Shown in pieces: positions 21,330-32,058 of a stretch of DNA of 64,000 nt. Position numbers and translations under genes: made by a program. The notes beneath the pieces are model-generated. The model saw only the letters and a program-made list of their open reading frames with translations. It was not told where the DNA came from and did no database searches. This DNA comes from an uncultured Bacteroidales bacterium (GTDB lineage: Bacteria; Bacteroidota; Bacteroidia; Bacteroidales; UBA932). Within the stretch, counting starts at the first letter, position 1. The number at the start of each line of letters is the position of its first letter. The stretch spans positions 16,305 through 80,304 of the forward strand of contig CANBDX010000001.1 in NCBI GenBank assembly GCA_947367315.1, in the 5' to 3' direction.

Positions 21330-22465
21330 TATAATATATCCTTGTCCTTTATTCCTGTCGCATCCATTACACGCTCAAGCGTAGTCATCATCTTGTCATA
21401 GTCCCATCCTCCCTTCCACATCTCTTTCCTGCCGATGAACCGGCTTACCGGGATGATTGTGTATCCGTTGTCGTATCCTCCTGGTCTTGAGCACCATATG
21501 TAGGTGAATTCCAGCGGAAGGGCCTCTACGTTACCCATGCTGTCTCTGGTCAGTCTGATCCATGCGATCAGTCCCAGCTGGGTGTTCTTTGCGCTCATAT
21601 TGGAAAGTACATTCCCCAATGAATAGGCTACACTGACCTTCCTGTCTCCCAGATTCATGACCTGCATGTCCTGGATCACATGCGGATGCGCTCCGATGAT
21701 TATGTCGGCTCCGTTTTCAGCCAGCCATGTAGCGGTGCTTTCCTGGTGCTCGGAATGTTCCAGCACATATTCCGTACCCCAGTGCGGCAAAGCCAGGACC
21801 AGGTCTGACCCAACGGCTCTGTCGAGTGCCTTTTTCAAGGTTTCCTTCTGACTGATGTAGGTGGTTTTAGGCCAATGGAGGTCTGCTCCACGATTGGTGC
21901 CGTATGTCATGTTCAAAAGGGCGACCTGCATGCCCTTCATTCTGATCTCCAGTGGATTGATTCTTTCTGCATCCTCCTGATTTTCAGCAAGTCCCGTCAT
22001 GTCTATGCCATGTTCTTCCTTAAGCCTGCGATAGACCTTCAGTGTTCGGGCTGCACCGGCGCTTCCCTTGTCGAAAATATGGTTGTTGGCGGCAAGCATC
22101 ACGTCGAATCCCGCGGACGCCACGTCTTCCGCAATCCGGTCCGGAGCCGAGAATTCCGGGTATCCGGTAAAAGGCTCTCCTGCCATCGGGAACTCCATGT
22201 TCGCGATGCTGATGTCTGCGTTTCCGACAATATCCCTTATGTATCTGAAGCAGGATGAGAAATCGTACTCTCCTTTGCTTCCTTGTGCATTTTCTATCTG
22301 TCCCGCATGCATCATTATGTCGCCGCATACGCATATGGAAAGGGTATCCTCTCTTGACAGGGGAGCGGCGGCATTACGGGCAGAAACGGCTTTCCCTCCG
22401 GCGAAAATTATGGCCAGAAGGAATGTCAGTCGGATATATGATATGTTTTTGCCTGCCCTGCTCAA
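21329..22465 (-). CDS. CapA family (PGA_cap) metallophosphatase-fold protein
   Basis: GDIM, N.E, ANNH.FD, HWG.EY, GAHPH, YSLGN. TTG start at 22465 preferred because TATATTTG lies at 22487-22494 (minus). Confidence 0.8.
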   Translation of the reverse strand: MSRAGKNISYIRLTFLLAIIFAGGKAVSARNAAAPLSREDTLSICVCGDIMMHAGQIENAQGSKGEYDFSSCFRYIRDIVGNADISIANMEFPMAGEPFTGYPEFSAPDRIAEDVASAGFDVMLAANNHIFDKGSAGAARTLKVYRRLKEEHGIDMTGLAENQEDAERINPLEIRMKGMQVALLNMTYGTNRGADLHWPKTTYISQKETLKKALDRAVGSDLVLALPHWGTEYVLEHSEHQESTATWLAENGADIIIGAHPHVIQDMQVMNLGDRKVSVAYSLGNVLSNMSAKNTQLGLIAWIRLTRDSMGNVEALPLEFTYIWCSRPGGYDNGYTIIPVSRFIGRKEMWKGGWDYDKMMTTLERVMDATGIKDKDIL

Positions 22466-22560
22466 GATAATTGATGTTTTATCACACAAATATATCAAGA
22501 TTTTTTTTGTCAAGGACCATTAATTCGTTAAATTTGCGGAATATGCAAAAGTATATGCTT

Positions 22561-23076
22561 ATGAAACGCTCGTTTATACTGCTGATTGCAGCATCGATGT
22601 TCATGCTGACCGGATGTGATTTCTTCAGGACTCTGGCCGGCCGTCCTACAAGTGCCGAGATCGAAGCAAGAAGGATAGAGATACTTCGCGCGGAAGAGGC
22701 GCTTATCCAGGCAAGGCTGGACTCGATGAAGGTTGCCGAACAGGTGATGAGGGACTCGCTTGCCGCTCTGGATTCGATCAGGCAGTATGGCGGCACAATC
22801 CTGAATCCTTCGAAACTCGGTGGCCTTTTCGCGACCAGGCTTGATGCGCGCTATTATGTCATAGTGGGTTCGTTCAGGTCCCGCTCAAATGCAGAGGCTC
22901 TGCTTGTGAAGGCGGCAGACAGGGGATATGCCCCTGCGCTGATCAGTTTCCGCAACGGAATGATTGCCGTCGGACTTTGCCCTGTGAATAGGCTTCAGGA
23001 TGCGATGACTTCTCTTAAGGCTGTGAGAAAGGAGCCTTTCTGTCCTTCTGATGTATGGATACTTCTCAACGAATAG
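22561..23076 (+). CDS. SPOR-domain lipoprotein
   Basis: Lipobox LTGC, coiled segment, C-terminal YYVIVGSF...NA...VWIL SPOR pattern. Confidence 0.7.
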   Translation: MKRSFILLIAASMFMLTGCDFFRTLAGRPTSAEIEARRIEILRAEEALIQARLDSMKVAEQVMRDSLAALDSIRQYGGTILNPSKLGGLFATRLDARYYVIVGSFRSRSNAEALLVKAADRGYAPALISFRNGMIAVGLCPVNRLQDAMTSLKAVRKEPFCPSDVWILLNE

Positions 23077-23078
23077 GC

Positions 23079-24419
23079 ATGGCAGGCAGAATTCCAGTTC
23101 TTATTACGCTTTTCATGCTCGCGGTGCTGCCTTCTTTTGCGCAGTATCGCGATAAAGGTGCTTATGAGGAGCTCTATGACAGCGAGACCGTGGCATCCAT
23201 GAAAAGACATGTGCGCGAGTTGTCTGCCGCCTCGATGGAGGGACGCAAGGCCGGATCGGAGGGAGAGACTGCCGCGGCCGCATATGTCGAGTCTGTTTTC
23301 AGGGAATACGGTGTGGATATGATATCACCTTCAGGAGGTGACCTGTTCGGAATAAGGTCTGAGAAAGGAGATACCCTTACTTCACGCAATATTGTGGGAT
23401 TCATACAGGGATATGACAGGAAACTCAAGGACAGCTATATTGTCGTCGGTGCCAGACTGGATAATCTGGGCACCATGACAATGACCGTGGACGGACACCC
23501 CGTGGAACGCGTCTATGCAGGAGCCAACGGAAATGCTTCCGGGCTTGCAATGCTTGTGGAGCTTGCCAGAATGGTCCAGACCAACTCGATTCTTTTCCGC
23601 AGGTCGGTGCTTTTCGTGGCTTTCGGGGCTTCATGCGAGTCGTTTGCGGGCTCGTGGTATTTTCTGAACCGCTCTTTTCCCGAGCCGGATAAGATTGATG
23701 CAATGATCAATCTGGATATGTTGGGTACGGGCTACAACGGATTCTATGCGTTCACCTCGTCCAATACTGACATGAACACCATATTGCGTACCCTTACCGG
23801 CGACCTTCAGCCTGTGCTGCCGGAGGTTACCACTATGGAACCATATCCGTCCGACCACAAGTCCTTCTATGCGTCTGAGATACCTTCGGTATTCTTCACG
23901 ACAGGACGTTATCCGGAGCATGATACAGACAGGGACACACAGTCCATCATCGATTATGCCGACATGGAACGTGAGCTGGAATACATATTCAACTTTACAG
24001 TTGCGTTGGCAAATACGCATAATCCTCCGGCATTCAGACAGGGACAGGCTGTATCTGGCAAGCCTTCCGATGAGGGGGTGGTGTCGTTTTATGAGTGCGA
24101 CCAGCGCCCGATGTTTTTCGGAAGTCCGGATCCTAAGAGCTTCATATCCACATGGGTGTATAAATATCTGAAATATCCCGAGTCTGCGATAAGGGATGGC
24201 GTACAGGGAACGGTCCAGGTGGAGATGATCATCGGAAAGGACGGAAAGGTGACTGATGTAAAGGTCGTCAGAGGCGTATCGGAGGAGCTGGATGCAGAGG
24301 CTGTGAAGGTGGTGAGCGCTTCACCGAAATGGACTCCTGGAAGAGTGAACGGCAACAAGGTGAAGGCGTCGCTTACCATTCCGGTTGAGTTCCGTCTGGT
24401 AAGAAAAGGAAAGAAATAA
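23079..24419 (+). CDS. M28 peptidase-like domain (metal ligands degenerate) fused to TonB C-terminal domain
   Basis: Signal peptide; M28 scaffold (NIVG, NASG, NLDMLG, SDH); C-terminal YPE.A...G.QG.V...G.V TonB_C. Confidence 0.8.
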   Translation: MAGRIPVLITLFMLAVLPSFAQYRDKGAYEELYDSETVASMKRHVRELSAASMEGRKAGSEGETAAAAYVESVFREYGVDMISPSGGDLFGIRSEKGDTLTSRNIVGFIQGYDRKLKDSYIVVGARLDNLGTMTMTVDGHPVERVYAGANGNASGLAMLVELARMVQTNSILFRRSVLFVAFGASCESFAGSWYFLNRSFPEPDKIDAMINLDMLGTGYNGFYAFTSSNTDMNTILRTLTGDLQPVLPEVTTMEPYPSDHKSFYASEIPSVFFTTGRYPEHDTDRDTQSIIDYADMERELEYIFNFTVALANTHNPPAFRQGQAVSGKPSDEGVVSFYECDQRPMFFGSPDPKSFISTWVYKYLKYPESAIRDGVQGTVQVEMIIGKDGKVTDVKVVRGVSEELDAEAVKVVSASPKWTPGRVNGNKVKASLTIPVEFRLVRKGKK

Positions 24420-24435
24420 ATCATACTATATAAAT

Positions 24436-27201
24436 ATGGACTACAATTTTAAGGAGATTGAGAGAAAATGGCAGTCGTTCTGGGCTGACAATCAGACATT
24501 CAAGGCTGAAATAGATAATTCAAAGCCAAAATATTACGTTCTTGACATGTTCCCATACCCTTCAGGCGCTGGACTACATGTCGGACATCCTCTCGGATAT
24601 ATTGCAAGTGACATATATAGCAGATACAAGCGCCTGTGCGGATTCAACGTGCTCCACCCTATGGGTTATGACGCATTCGGACTTCCTGCAGAGCAGTACG
24701 CCATTCAGACAGGACAGCATCCGTCTGTGACCACAGAGAAAAACATCGCCCGTTACCGCGAGCAGATGGACAGGATCGGTTTCTCTTATGACTGGTCCCG
24801 TGAGGTGCGTACATGTGATCCCGGATACTATAAGTGGACTCAGTGGGCATTCCTCGAGATGTTCGGCAGCTGGTATGACAACATGCAGCAGAAGGCACGT
24901 CCGATTGCTGAGCTTGAGGCTGCTTTCGCTCAGGGCGGCAGCAGTGCCGTGGATGCCGCATGCGGAGAGGTAAAACCGTTCACCGCTGAGGAATGGGCCG
25001 GATTCTCTGAAAAGGAAAAGGCTGACGTGCTGATGCAGTATCGTATTGCATATCAGGGAGAAACAGCTGTGAACTGGTGTCCTGCACTTGGAACAGTCCT
25101 CGCCAACGACGAGGTCAAGGAAGGATATTCAGTGCGCGGAGGCCATCCTGTGGAGCAGAAGAAGATGACACAGTGGCAGCTTCGTGTTTCAGCCTATGCC
25201 GGACGTCTTCTTGAAGATCTCGAGGACCTCGACTGGACTGATTCTCTTAAGGACATGCAGCGCAACTGGATCGGCAAGAGTCAGGGTGCCGAGATGGTAT
25301 TCAAGGTAAACAATGGTACCGAGGAGTATGACATGACCATCTTCACGACACGTGCCGACACTGTGTTCGGAGTAACCTTCATGGTGCTTGCTCCTGAGAG
25401 CGAGTGGGTTGAAAAGCTCACTACGCCTGAGCGGAAAGATGCTGTCGAGGAGTATCTCCAGATGGCCAGGAAGAAGACCGAGCGTGAGAGGATGATGGAG
25501 GCAAGAAAAGTGACAGGTGTGTTCTCCGGCTCTTATGCCACTAATCCTCTTACAGGTGAGAAAGTTCCTGTATGGATCGGTGAATATGTGCTTGCAGGCT
25601 ACGGAACAGGCGCTATCATGGCGGTTCCTGCTCATGACAGCCGCGACTATGCATTCGCCAGGACATTCAACCTCCCGATCATCCCGCTTATCGAGGGCTG
25701 TGACGTAAGCGAGTCAAGCTTCGATGCCAAGGAAGGCATCATGTGCAACTCCGGTTTCCTGAACGGGATGACAGTGAAGGAAGCGATACCTGCAGCTATA
25801 GATTATGTAGAACAGCATGGCATAGGTCACAGAAAGGTGAATTACCGTCTCCGCGACGCCATATTCTCACGTCAGAGATACTGGGGTGAGCCTTTCCCTA
25901 TGTACTTCAAGGACGGCATCGCCACCCCTATGACCCTTGACCAGCTCCCTCTCGAACTGCCTGAGGTGGATAAGTTCCTTCCTACAGAGACAGGTGAACC
26001 GCCTCTCGGACGTGCTTCCGGCTGGACAATCGACGGCTATCCAATCGAACTGAGCACAATGCCGGGATTTGCAGGCAGCAGCGCATACTATCTCCGCTAT
26101 ATGGATCCTCACAACGACCAGGCTCTTGTGAGCCGTGAGGCTGACGAGTACTGGAGGGATGTGGACCTTTACATCGGTGGTACAGAGCATGCTACAGGTC
26201 ACCTCATCTACTCGCGTTTCTGGAACAAGTTCCTTTTCGACCTTGGCTACGTCTGCGAGAAGGAGCCTTTCAGGAAGCTTATCAACCAGGGTATGATCCA
26301 GGGCCGCTCGAACTTCGTCTACAGAATAATCAACACAAACACATTCGTGTCTGTTGGCCTCAAGGACCAGTATGAGACTACAGAGATTCATGTGGATGTG
26401 AACATCGTTCACAACGACCGTCTCGACATGGAGGCCTTCCGCAACTGGATGCCTGACTATGCAAACGCAGAGTTCATTCTGGAAGACGGTGAGTACATCT
26501 GCGGATGGGCTGTGGAGAAGATGTCCAAGTCTATGTTCAATGTGGTGAATCCGGATATGATCTGTGATACATACGGAGCTGATACTCTGAGACTTTATGA
26601 AATGTTCCTCGGACCTCTCGAACAGTCGAAGCCATGGGATACCAAGGGTATCGACGGTGTGAACCGCTTCATCAGAAAGGTCTGGAGACTCTTCTATGAC
26701 CGCGACGGATTCATCGTTACCGACGAGAAGGCGACTCCGGAGGAACTCAAGGCCCTTCACAAGCTTATTGGCAAGGTGCGCACAGATATCGAGGCATTCT
26801 CGTTCAATACGGCAGTGAGCGCATTCATGATTGCAGTAAACGAACTCACGGACCTCAAGTGCAACAAGAGGGAAATCCTTGAACAGCTGATCGTCCTTCT
26901 TTCTCCGTTCACCCCTCATATCGCTGAGGAACTTTGGGAGGCTCTCGGTCATAAGGAAAGCATCACATATGCCCGTTTCCCAGAGTATATCGAGGCATAT
27001 ACGGTAGAGAATACATGCACATACGCCGTTTCGTTCAACGGAAAGACACGCTTCACAGTGGAGCTGCCGCTTGATATGTCGCGTGAAGATGTGGATGCCC
27101 ATGTCCGCGGACTTGAGAACACTGCAAAGTACGTGGCCGGTGGAAATATCGTCAAGGTAATTGTGGTGCCGGGCAAGATAGTGAATATCGTAGTTAAGTA
27201 A
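24436..27201 (+). CDS. leuS: Leucine--tRNA ligase
   Basis: MFPYPSG.GLHVGH, editing domain TTRADT/GTGAIM, KMSKS. Confidence 0.97.
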   Translation: MDYNFKEIERKWQSFWADNQTFKAEIDNSKPKYYVLDMFPYPSGAGLHVGHPLGYIASDIYSRYKRLCGFNVLHPMGYDAFGLPAEQYAIQTGQHPSVTTEKNIARYREQMDRIGFSYDWSREVRTCDPGYYKWTQWAFLEMFGSWYDNMQQKARPIAELEAAFAQGGSSAVDAACGEVKPFTAEEWAGFSEKEKADVLMQYRIAYQGETAVNWCPALGTVLANDEVKEGYSVRGGHPVEQKKMTQWQLRVSAYAGRLLEDLEDLDWTDSLKDMQRNWIGKSQGAEMVFKVNNGTEEYDMTIFTTRADTVFGVTFMVLAPESEWVEKLTTPERKDAVEEYLQMARKKTERERMMEARKVTGVFSGSYATNPLTGEKVPVWIGEYVLAGYGTGAIMAVPAHDSRDYAFARTFNLPIIPLIEGCDVSESSFDAKEGIMCNSGFLNGMTVKEAIPAAIDYVEQHGIGHRKVNYRLRDAIFSRQRYWGEPFPMYFKDGIATPMTLDQLPLELPEVDKFLPTETGEPPLGRASGWTIDGYPIELSTMPGFAGSSAYYLRYMDPHNDQALVSREADEYWRDVDLYIGGTEHATGHLIYSRFWNKFLFDLGYVCEKEPFRKLINQGMIQGRSNFVYRIINTNTFVSVGLKDQYETTEIHVDVNIVHNDRLDMEAFRNWMPDYANAEFILEDGEYICGWAVEKMSKSMFNVVNPDMICDTYGADTLRLYEMFLGPLEQSKPWDTKGIDGVNRFIRKVWRLFYDRDGFIVTDEKATPEELKALHKLIGKVRTDIEAFSFNTAVSAFMIAVNELTDLKCNKREILEQLIVLLSPFTPHIAEELWEALGHKESITYARFPEYIEAYTVENTCTYAVSFNGKTRFTVELPLDMSREDVDAHVRGLENTAKYVAGGNIVKVIVVPGKIVNIVVK

Positions 27202-27205
27202 TCAT

Positions 27206-28120
27206 ATGAAAACCAATAAGATACTGACGACTATCTGGGACTATTTCCTGATGACGGTCGGTTCTCTTATCTTCTGTATGGCATGGACCTCGTTCCTTAT
27301 TCCGAACGGGCTTGCCAGCGGTGGACTTACGGGTCTCTGTACCATCATCCAGTATGGTACAGGCATTCCGGTAGGCTGGACATATCCTTTGATAAACACG
27401 GCACTTCTGGTGATGGGATTCCTTTCCCTGGGAAAGGCGTTCGGCATAAAGACCATCTACGTCATAGCGCTGACATCTCTCTTCTTCGAGGTGCTTCCTG
27501 ATTTTCCTCAGCTGGAGGTGCTGATGGATGAGAAATTCCTTGTGGCTCTTGTCGGTGCCGCTCTGGAATCCGTGGGTCTGGGACTTGTGCTGCTTCGTGG
27601 AGGAAGTTCGGGAGGAACGGACATCATTGCCATGATGATCAACAAGTATTGGCCGGTGTCTCCAGGAAGGGTCTATCTTTTCACGGATATCTTCATCATC
27701 GCCAGTCTGCTGTTCGTTCCGGGCAAGGGACTGGTGGATATGATATATGCTTATGTGGTGATGCTGGGATTTTCGTTCGGAGTGGATTTTGTTCTTCTTG
27801 GCAACAAGTCGTCAGTGCAGATACTTGTCTTTTCACCTAAGTATAAGGAGATAGCCGACCATATGATAAACAATGTACATCGTGGCGTGACTGCCCTGCA
27901 GTCAGTCGGATGGTACTCCCAGATGGAAAGCAAGGTGCTCCTGATCATTGCAAGGAAGCAGCAGATGAATGAGGTTGTCAATGAAATAAAGGAGATAGAC
28001 AAGAAGGCGTTCATCTCGGTATCCACTGCGATGAGTGTCTATGGAGAAGGTTTCGAAGAAGTGAAGACAGGATTGAAGATACGTAAAAACAAAAAGATGG
28101 AGGACTCGACAAATGACTGA
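27206..28120 (+). CDS. YitT family membrane protein (DUF2179)
   Basis: GG.TG, GGSSGGTD, RGVT...GWYS, AFIS motifs. Confidence 0.85.
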   Translation: MKTNKILTTIWDYFLMTVGSLIFCMAWTSFLIPNGLASGGLTGLCTIIQYGTGIPVGWTYPLINTALLVMGFLSLGKAFGIKTIYVIALTSLFFEVLPDFPQLEVLMDEKFLVALVGAALESVGLGLVLLRGGSSGGTDIIAMMINKYWPVSPGRVYLFTDIFIIASLLFVPGKGLVDMIYAYVVMLGFSFGVDFVLLGNKSSVQILVFSPKYKEIADHMINNVHRGVTALQSVGWYSQMESKVLLIIARKQQMNEVVNEIKEIDKKAFISVSTAMSVYGEGFEEVKTGLKIRKNKKMEDSTND

Positions 28121-29051
28121 CAATGTATTGCAGTTTTCGTGGAAAACGGCGTTTAAGGAATATGCCCTGGTTACTTTGGGCGTGGTTTCATATGCTTTAG
28201 GCTGGACTATCTTTCTGTTGCCTAACAACCTGATCGGAGGTGGCGTCTCAGGATTTGCATCGATCCTGTTTTATGCGACGGGCCTTCCGATGGGAGTCAC
28301 CTATTTCATAATCAACATAATCCTGCTGGTGATCGGCACGAAGATACTGGGGACAGGATTCGGCGGCAAGACGATATATGCCATATTCATGACCTCGATA
28401 ATGCTTGCTGTCATGCCGAAGATCATTCCGGCTGATTTTATTCATGAATTCGCGCTTTCCAACGGCAAGCTTATCTGCACTTTCATTGGCGGTATCATTG
28501 CAGGTGTAGGTATAGGACTTTCCATTTCGCAGGGAGGAAGTACGGGTGGTACGGACATCGTGGCCCTGCTGTGGTGCAAGTTCCATTCAGCCTCTCCGGG
28601 AAGGGTTATACTTATAATAGATGTGGGCATCATCCTTTCGTCACTGCTGTTTCCGTCTTATACCGAGGCTGGTGAGCTTCTTCCTTTCACAGAGAAGCTA
28701 GCCGTAGTCGTATATGGTCTCATACAGGTGACGGTCAGCGGATATGCCATTGACCTTTACCTGTCCGGATCCAAGCAGTCGGTGCAGGCTTTCATCTTCA
28801 CCAAGAAGGTGCAGGAGATGGCCGATGCCATTGCTTTCGACATGAAGCGCGGAGTCACCGTCGTGCCAGCCAAAGGGTGGTATTCGAAGGAGGACAGGAA
28901 CGTGCTTCTTGTCGTGACAAGAAAGACAGACCTTAATCTTCTTTTGCGCTATGTAAAGACTATCGATCCTGATGCTTTCATCTCCGTTTCCTCTGTCATG
29001 GGGGTATATGGTCAGGGTTTTGACACCATAAAGATCAAGTCAAAAAAATAA
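28113..29051 (+). CDS. YitT family membrane protein (second paralog)
   Basis: GGGVSG, GGSTGGTD, RGVT...GWYS, DPDAFIS. Confidence 0.85.
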   Translation: MTDNVLQFSWKTAFKEYALVTLGVVSYALGWTIFLLPNNLIGGGVSGFASILFYATGLPMGVTYFIINIILLVIGTKILGTGFGGKTIYAIFMTSIMLAVMPKIIPADFIHEFALSNGKLICTFIGGIIAGVGIGLSISQGGSTGGTDIVALLWCKFHSASPGRVILIIDVGIILSSLLFPSYTEAGELLPFTEKLAVVVYGLIQVTVSGYAIDLYLSGSKQSVQAFIFTKKVQEMADAIAFDMKRGVTVVPAKGWYSKEDRNVLLVVTRKTDLNLLLRYVKTIDPDAFISVSSVMGVYGQGFDTIKIKSKK

Positions 29052-29077
29052 TCTTGCCCCAAGCGAGTGTAAATGGA

Positions 29078-29134
29078 TTATAAAAAAAAGAAAAAGTTAT
29101 AAAAAAAGGAAAAAGTTATAAAAAAAAGAAAAAC
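29078..29134. repeat. Three tandem 19-bp A-rich units (TTATAAAAAAARGAAAAAS)
   Basis: Units start at 29078, 29097 and 29116. Confidence 0.85.
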
Positions 29135-29145
29135 TTTTGCTTGTG

Positions 29146-29179
29146 ACCCTCCTCTGAACGCATTCAGAGGAGGGTTTTT
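29146..29179 (+). terminator. Intrinsic terminator after the leuS-yitT-yitT run
   Basis: ACCCTCCTCTGAA-CGCA-TTCAGAGGAGGGT 13-bp stem followed by T-tract. Confidence 0.8.
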
Positions 29180-29213
29180 ATATATTTTTGTGTGATATGA
29201 AATTTGTGAGAAT

Positions 29214-30326
29214 ATGAATGATGTTGATATGATTATAGCTGTGATTGTGCTTCTGGGGCTTTGTTTTACGGCTGTCTGTCAAGTGGTGAGGAATGTCAGA
29301 TATCGTGAAATGGTCGATGAAAAGACCAGGATGCTTCCATGGCTGATGACTGTCGTAGTCGTTACTGTTTTGTGTGACCTTCCGGTGGGAGGGGAACTGT
29401 ACCCCAGACTGATGCTGGACCTTTCCCTGGGTCTTGTGTCCCTTACATTTCTGACGTCTTCCTTATGGACCTATGACAGCGGGCGTCGTCCTCTGCTTGT
29501 AGTCATGTCTGTCCAGGGATTGCTTGCACTATATTATATATTGTGTGCTTTCGATATTATCAGGATTATGCCGGTGAGGGTCACGGTGTCCCTTGTCCTG
29601 ATTGTCGTGACAGTGCTTGGCTTCCAGACCTTGACAGGAATATGGCGGAGGGTCAGGACGGTCAGGACGGTCATGAAATCCGGCACCGTGTGGGTGGGAT
29701 TATGCCTCTGTGTTGATGTCGTCTATATGACGGTAGTGTTTATAGAAGCGGTACTGTATGCTGTCTTCGGGATCCTTTTCGGGAAGTTCAGCGGCCTGTC
29801 TGCCATGGTTGTCGTGATTCTCTATGCACTGACTCTTATCATGATGGCTTTCAGAATCATAAATGATTCGCTGTTCTCCATCATGCATAGACATGAAAGG
29901 AGGATTGTCGAGTCCCTTAAGGTTTCGCAGATAGAAGTGTCCGGCGATAAAGGCAAGGACGATTATCTGTATCGTGAAATATATGACAGGGTGGTGGCCT
30001 ATTTTGAGAATGAGAAGCCTTATCTTAACGGAGACCTGACAATAAACGATCTTGTGAAGGTGCTGTATTCCAATAAGTTGTATATATCGAAGGCCATAAG
30101 CCATTTTACGGGACGCAACTTCTGTCAGTTTGTCAATTACTACAGGGTCATATATTCTGTGGAGAGATTCCGAGACAATCCGGAGCTCAAGGTGCTGGAG
30201 CTGTCCAGTCTGTGCGGGTTCAATTCCATGGTTTCATATAATATGGCTTTCAGGCTCTTTATGGGAGAGACTCCCAGCGAATGGTGCAGAAAGGAGAAGA
30301 GTCGGATAGTCAAAGAAAGAAAATAA
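29214..30326 (+). CDS. Membrane-bound AraC-family transcriptional regulator
   Basis: N-terminal TM helices; KPYL..DLTI..L, NF.QFVN.YR, CGFNS...F..F.G.TP.EW AraC pattern. Confidence 0.85.
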   Translation: MNDVDMIIAVIVLLGLCFTAVCQVVRNVRYREMVDEKTRMLPWLMTVVVVTVLCDLPVGGELYPRLMLDLSLGLVSLTFLTSSLWTYDSGRRPLLVVMSVQGLLALYYILCAFDIIRIMPVRVTVSLVLIVVTVLGFQTLTGIWRRVRTVRTVMKSGTVWVGLCLCVDVVYMTVVFIEAVLYAVFGILFGKFSGLSAMVVVILYALTLIMMAFRIINDSLFSIMHRHERRIVESLKVSQIEVSGDKGKDDYLYREIYDRVVAYFENEKPYLNGDLTINDLVKVLYSNKLYISKAISHFTGRNFCQFVNYYRVIYSVERFRDNPELKVLELSSLCGFNSMVSYNMAFRLFMGETPSEWCRKEKSRIVKERK

Positions 30327-30374
30327 GTTGTGTAATCGCTTGGGGAAGATTATCTTTGCGGAAAATTGAGATTT

Positions 30375-32054
30375 ATGGCAGACGAGAAGATTATTTTTTC
30401 AATGAACGGGGTCGGAAAGATCCTTCCTCACAACAATAGAGTGATACTTAAGGACATATATCTGTCCTTCTTTTATGGTGCGAAGATCGGTATCGTTGGT
30501 CTTAACGGTTCCGGAAAATCCACTCTCATGAAGATTATCGCCGGCATCGAGACCGGATACCAGGGAGAGGTCGTATGGGCTCCGGGCTATTCCGTAGGCT
30601 ATCTTGAGCAGGAGCCTCAGATGGATCCTGACAAGACCGTCATCGAAGTGGTTCAGGAAGGAGTCCAGGAGGTGATGGACATCCTTAAGGAATACGAAGA
30701 GGTGAACATGAAGTTCTGCGAACCTATGTCGGATGACGAGATGGCGGCCCTCATCGAGCGTCAGGGAGAGCTTACCGAGAAGATCGAGAACTGCGGAGGA
30801 TGGGAGATAGATTCTAAGCTCGAAAGAGCTATGGATGCCCTCCAGTGTCCTCCTTCTGATGCAAAGGTGAGCACATTGAGCGGTGGTGAGCGCCGTCGTG
30901 TAGCTCTTTGCCGTCTGCTCCTCAGACAGCCTGATGTGCTGCTTCTTGACGAGCCTACCAACCACCTTGATACCGAGAGTATCCAGTGGCTTGAGGCTCA
31001 TCTCCAGCAGTATAAGGGAACAGTCATCGCTGTGACCCATGACCGTTATTTCCTCGATAATGTAGCCGGCTGGATCCTGGAGCTCGACCGTGGAGAGGGT
31101 ATTCCATGGAAGGGTAACTACTCTTCATGGCTGGACCAGAAGAGCACGCGTCTGGCACAGGAGGAAAAGCAGGAAAGCAAGCGCCGCAAGGCTCTCGAAA
31201 GGGAGTTGGAGTGGGTGCGTATGGCTCCGAAGGCTCGTCATGCGAAGTCGAAGGCTCGTCTGGGTGCGTATGAGAAGCTTGCTGCCGATGACGGACGCGA
31301 GAAGGAGGCAGCTCTTGAAATCTTCATTCCTAACGGACCGAGGCTCGGAAACAAGGTCATCGAGTTCAAGAATGTATCTAAGGGCTATGGAGACAAGCTC
31401 CTTTATGAGAATCTCAACTTCGTGCTTCCTCCTGCAGGTATCGTAGGCGTGATAGGCCCTAACGGTGCCGGAAAGACCACGCTTTTCCGTCTTATCATGG
31501 GCCTTGATACTCCTGATACAGGTGAGATTACTGTCGGAGAGACCGTGAAGCTCGCCTATGTGGACCAGCAGCATCGCAGCATCGACCCGGACAAGACCGT
31601 ATATGAGACAATCGCAGAGAACTCGGAGTTCGTGAAGCTCGGCAAGAGGGAAGTGAACGCACGTGCTTATGTATCACGCTTCAATTTCTCCGGTGCGGAT
31701 CAGGAAAAGCTCTGCGGCATTCTCTCCGGTGGTGAGAGAAACCGTCTCCACCTTGCCTTGACATTGAAGGATGAGGGCAACGTGCTTCTGCTCGACGAGC
31801 CTACCAACGATGTGGATGTAAACACCATCCGTGCGCTTGAGGAAGGTCTTGAGAATTTCGCGGGATGTGCAGTTGTAATCTCGCATGACCGTTGGTTCCT
31901 TGACCGTATCGCTACCCATATCCTCGCTTTCGAGGGTGACTCTCAGGTGTATTTCTTTGAAGGAACCTACAGCGAGTACGAGGAGAACAAGAAGCGCCGT
32001 CTTGGAAACGAGGAGCCTAAGAGGTTCAAGTACAAGAAACTTATGGCGGAATAA
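30375..32054 (+). CDS. ettA: Energy-dependent translational throttle protein EttA (ABC-F)
   Basis: LSFFYGAKIG, two ABC domains, ELDRG.GIPWKGNYSSWL, PRLGNKVIE. Confidence 0.93.
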   Translation: MADEKIIFSMNGVGKILPHNNRVILKDIYLSFFYGAKIGIVGLNGSGKSTLMKIIAGIETGYQGEVVWAPGYSVGYLEQEPQMDPDKTVIEVVQEGVQEVMDILKEYEEVNMKFCEPMSDDEMAALIERQGELTEKIENCGGWEIDSKLERAMDALQCPPSDAKVSTLSGGERRRVALCRLLLRQPDVLLLDEPTNHLDTESIQWLEAHLQQYKGTVIAVTHDRYFLDNVAGWILELDRGEGIPWKGNYSSWLDQKSTRLAQEEKQESKRRKALERELEWVRMAPKARHAKSKARLGAYEKLAADDGREKEAALEIFIPNGPRLGNKVIEFKNVSKGYGDKLLYENLNFVLPPAGIVGVIGPNGAGKTTLFRLIMGLDTPDTGEITVGETVKLAYVDQQHRSIDPDKTVYETIAENSEFVKLGKREVNARAYVSRFNFSGADQEKLCGILSGGERNRLHLALTLKDEGNVLLLDEPTNDVDVNTIRALEEGLENFAGCAVVISHDRWFLDRIATHILAFEGDSQVYFFEGTYSEYEENKKRRLGNEEPKRFKYKKLMAE

Positions 32055-32058
32055 CCCG

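Noticed and set aside
25867..27102. Long antisense ORFs (411 aa here; also 1945-3024, 16735-17619, 60975-61817 and others)
   Set aside because: They shadow well-conserved sense genes, which is expected from codon bias, and show no recognisable motifs
31885..32058. N-terminal extension of the hydrolase overlapping ettA
   Set aside because: The signal peptide and lipobox begin at ATG 32059
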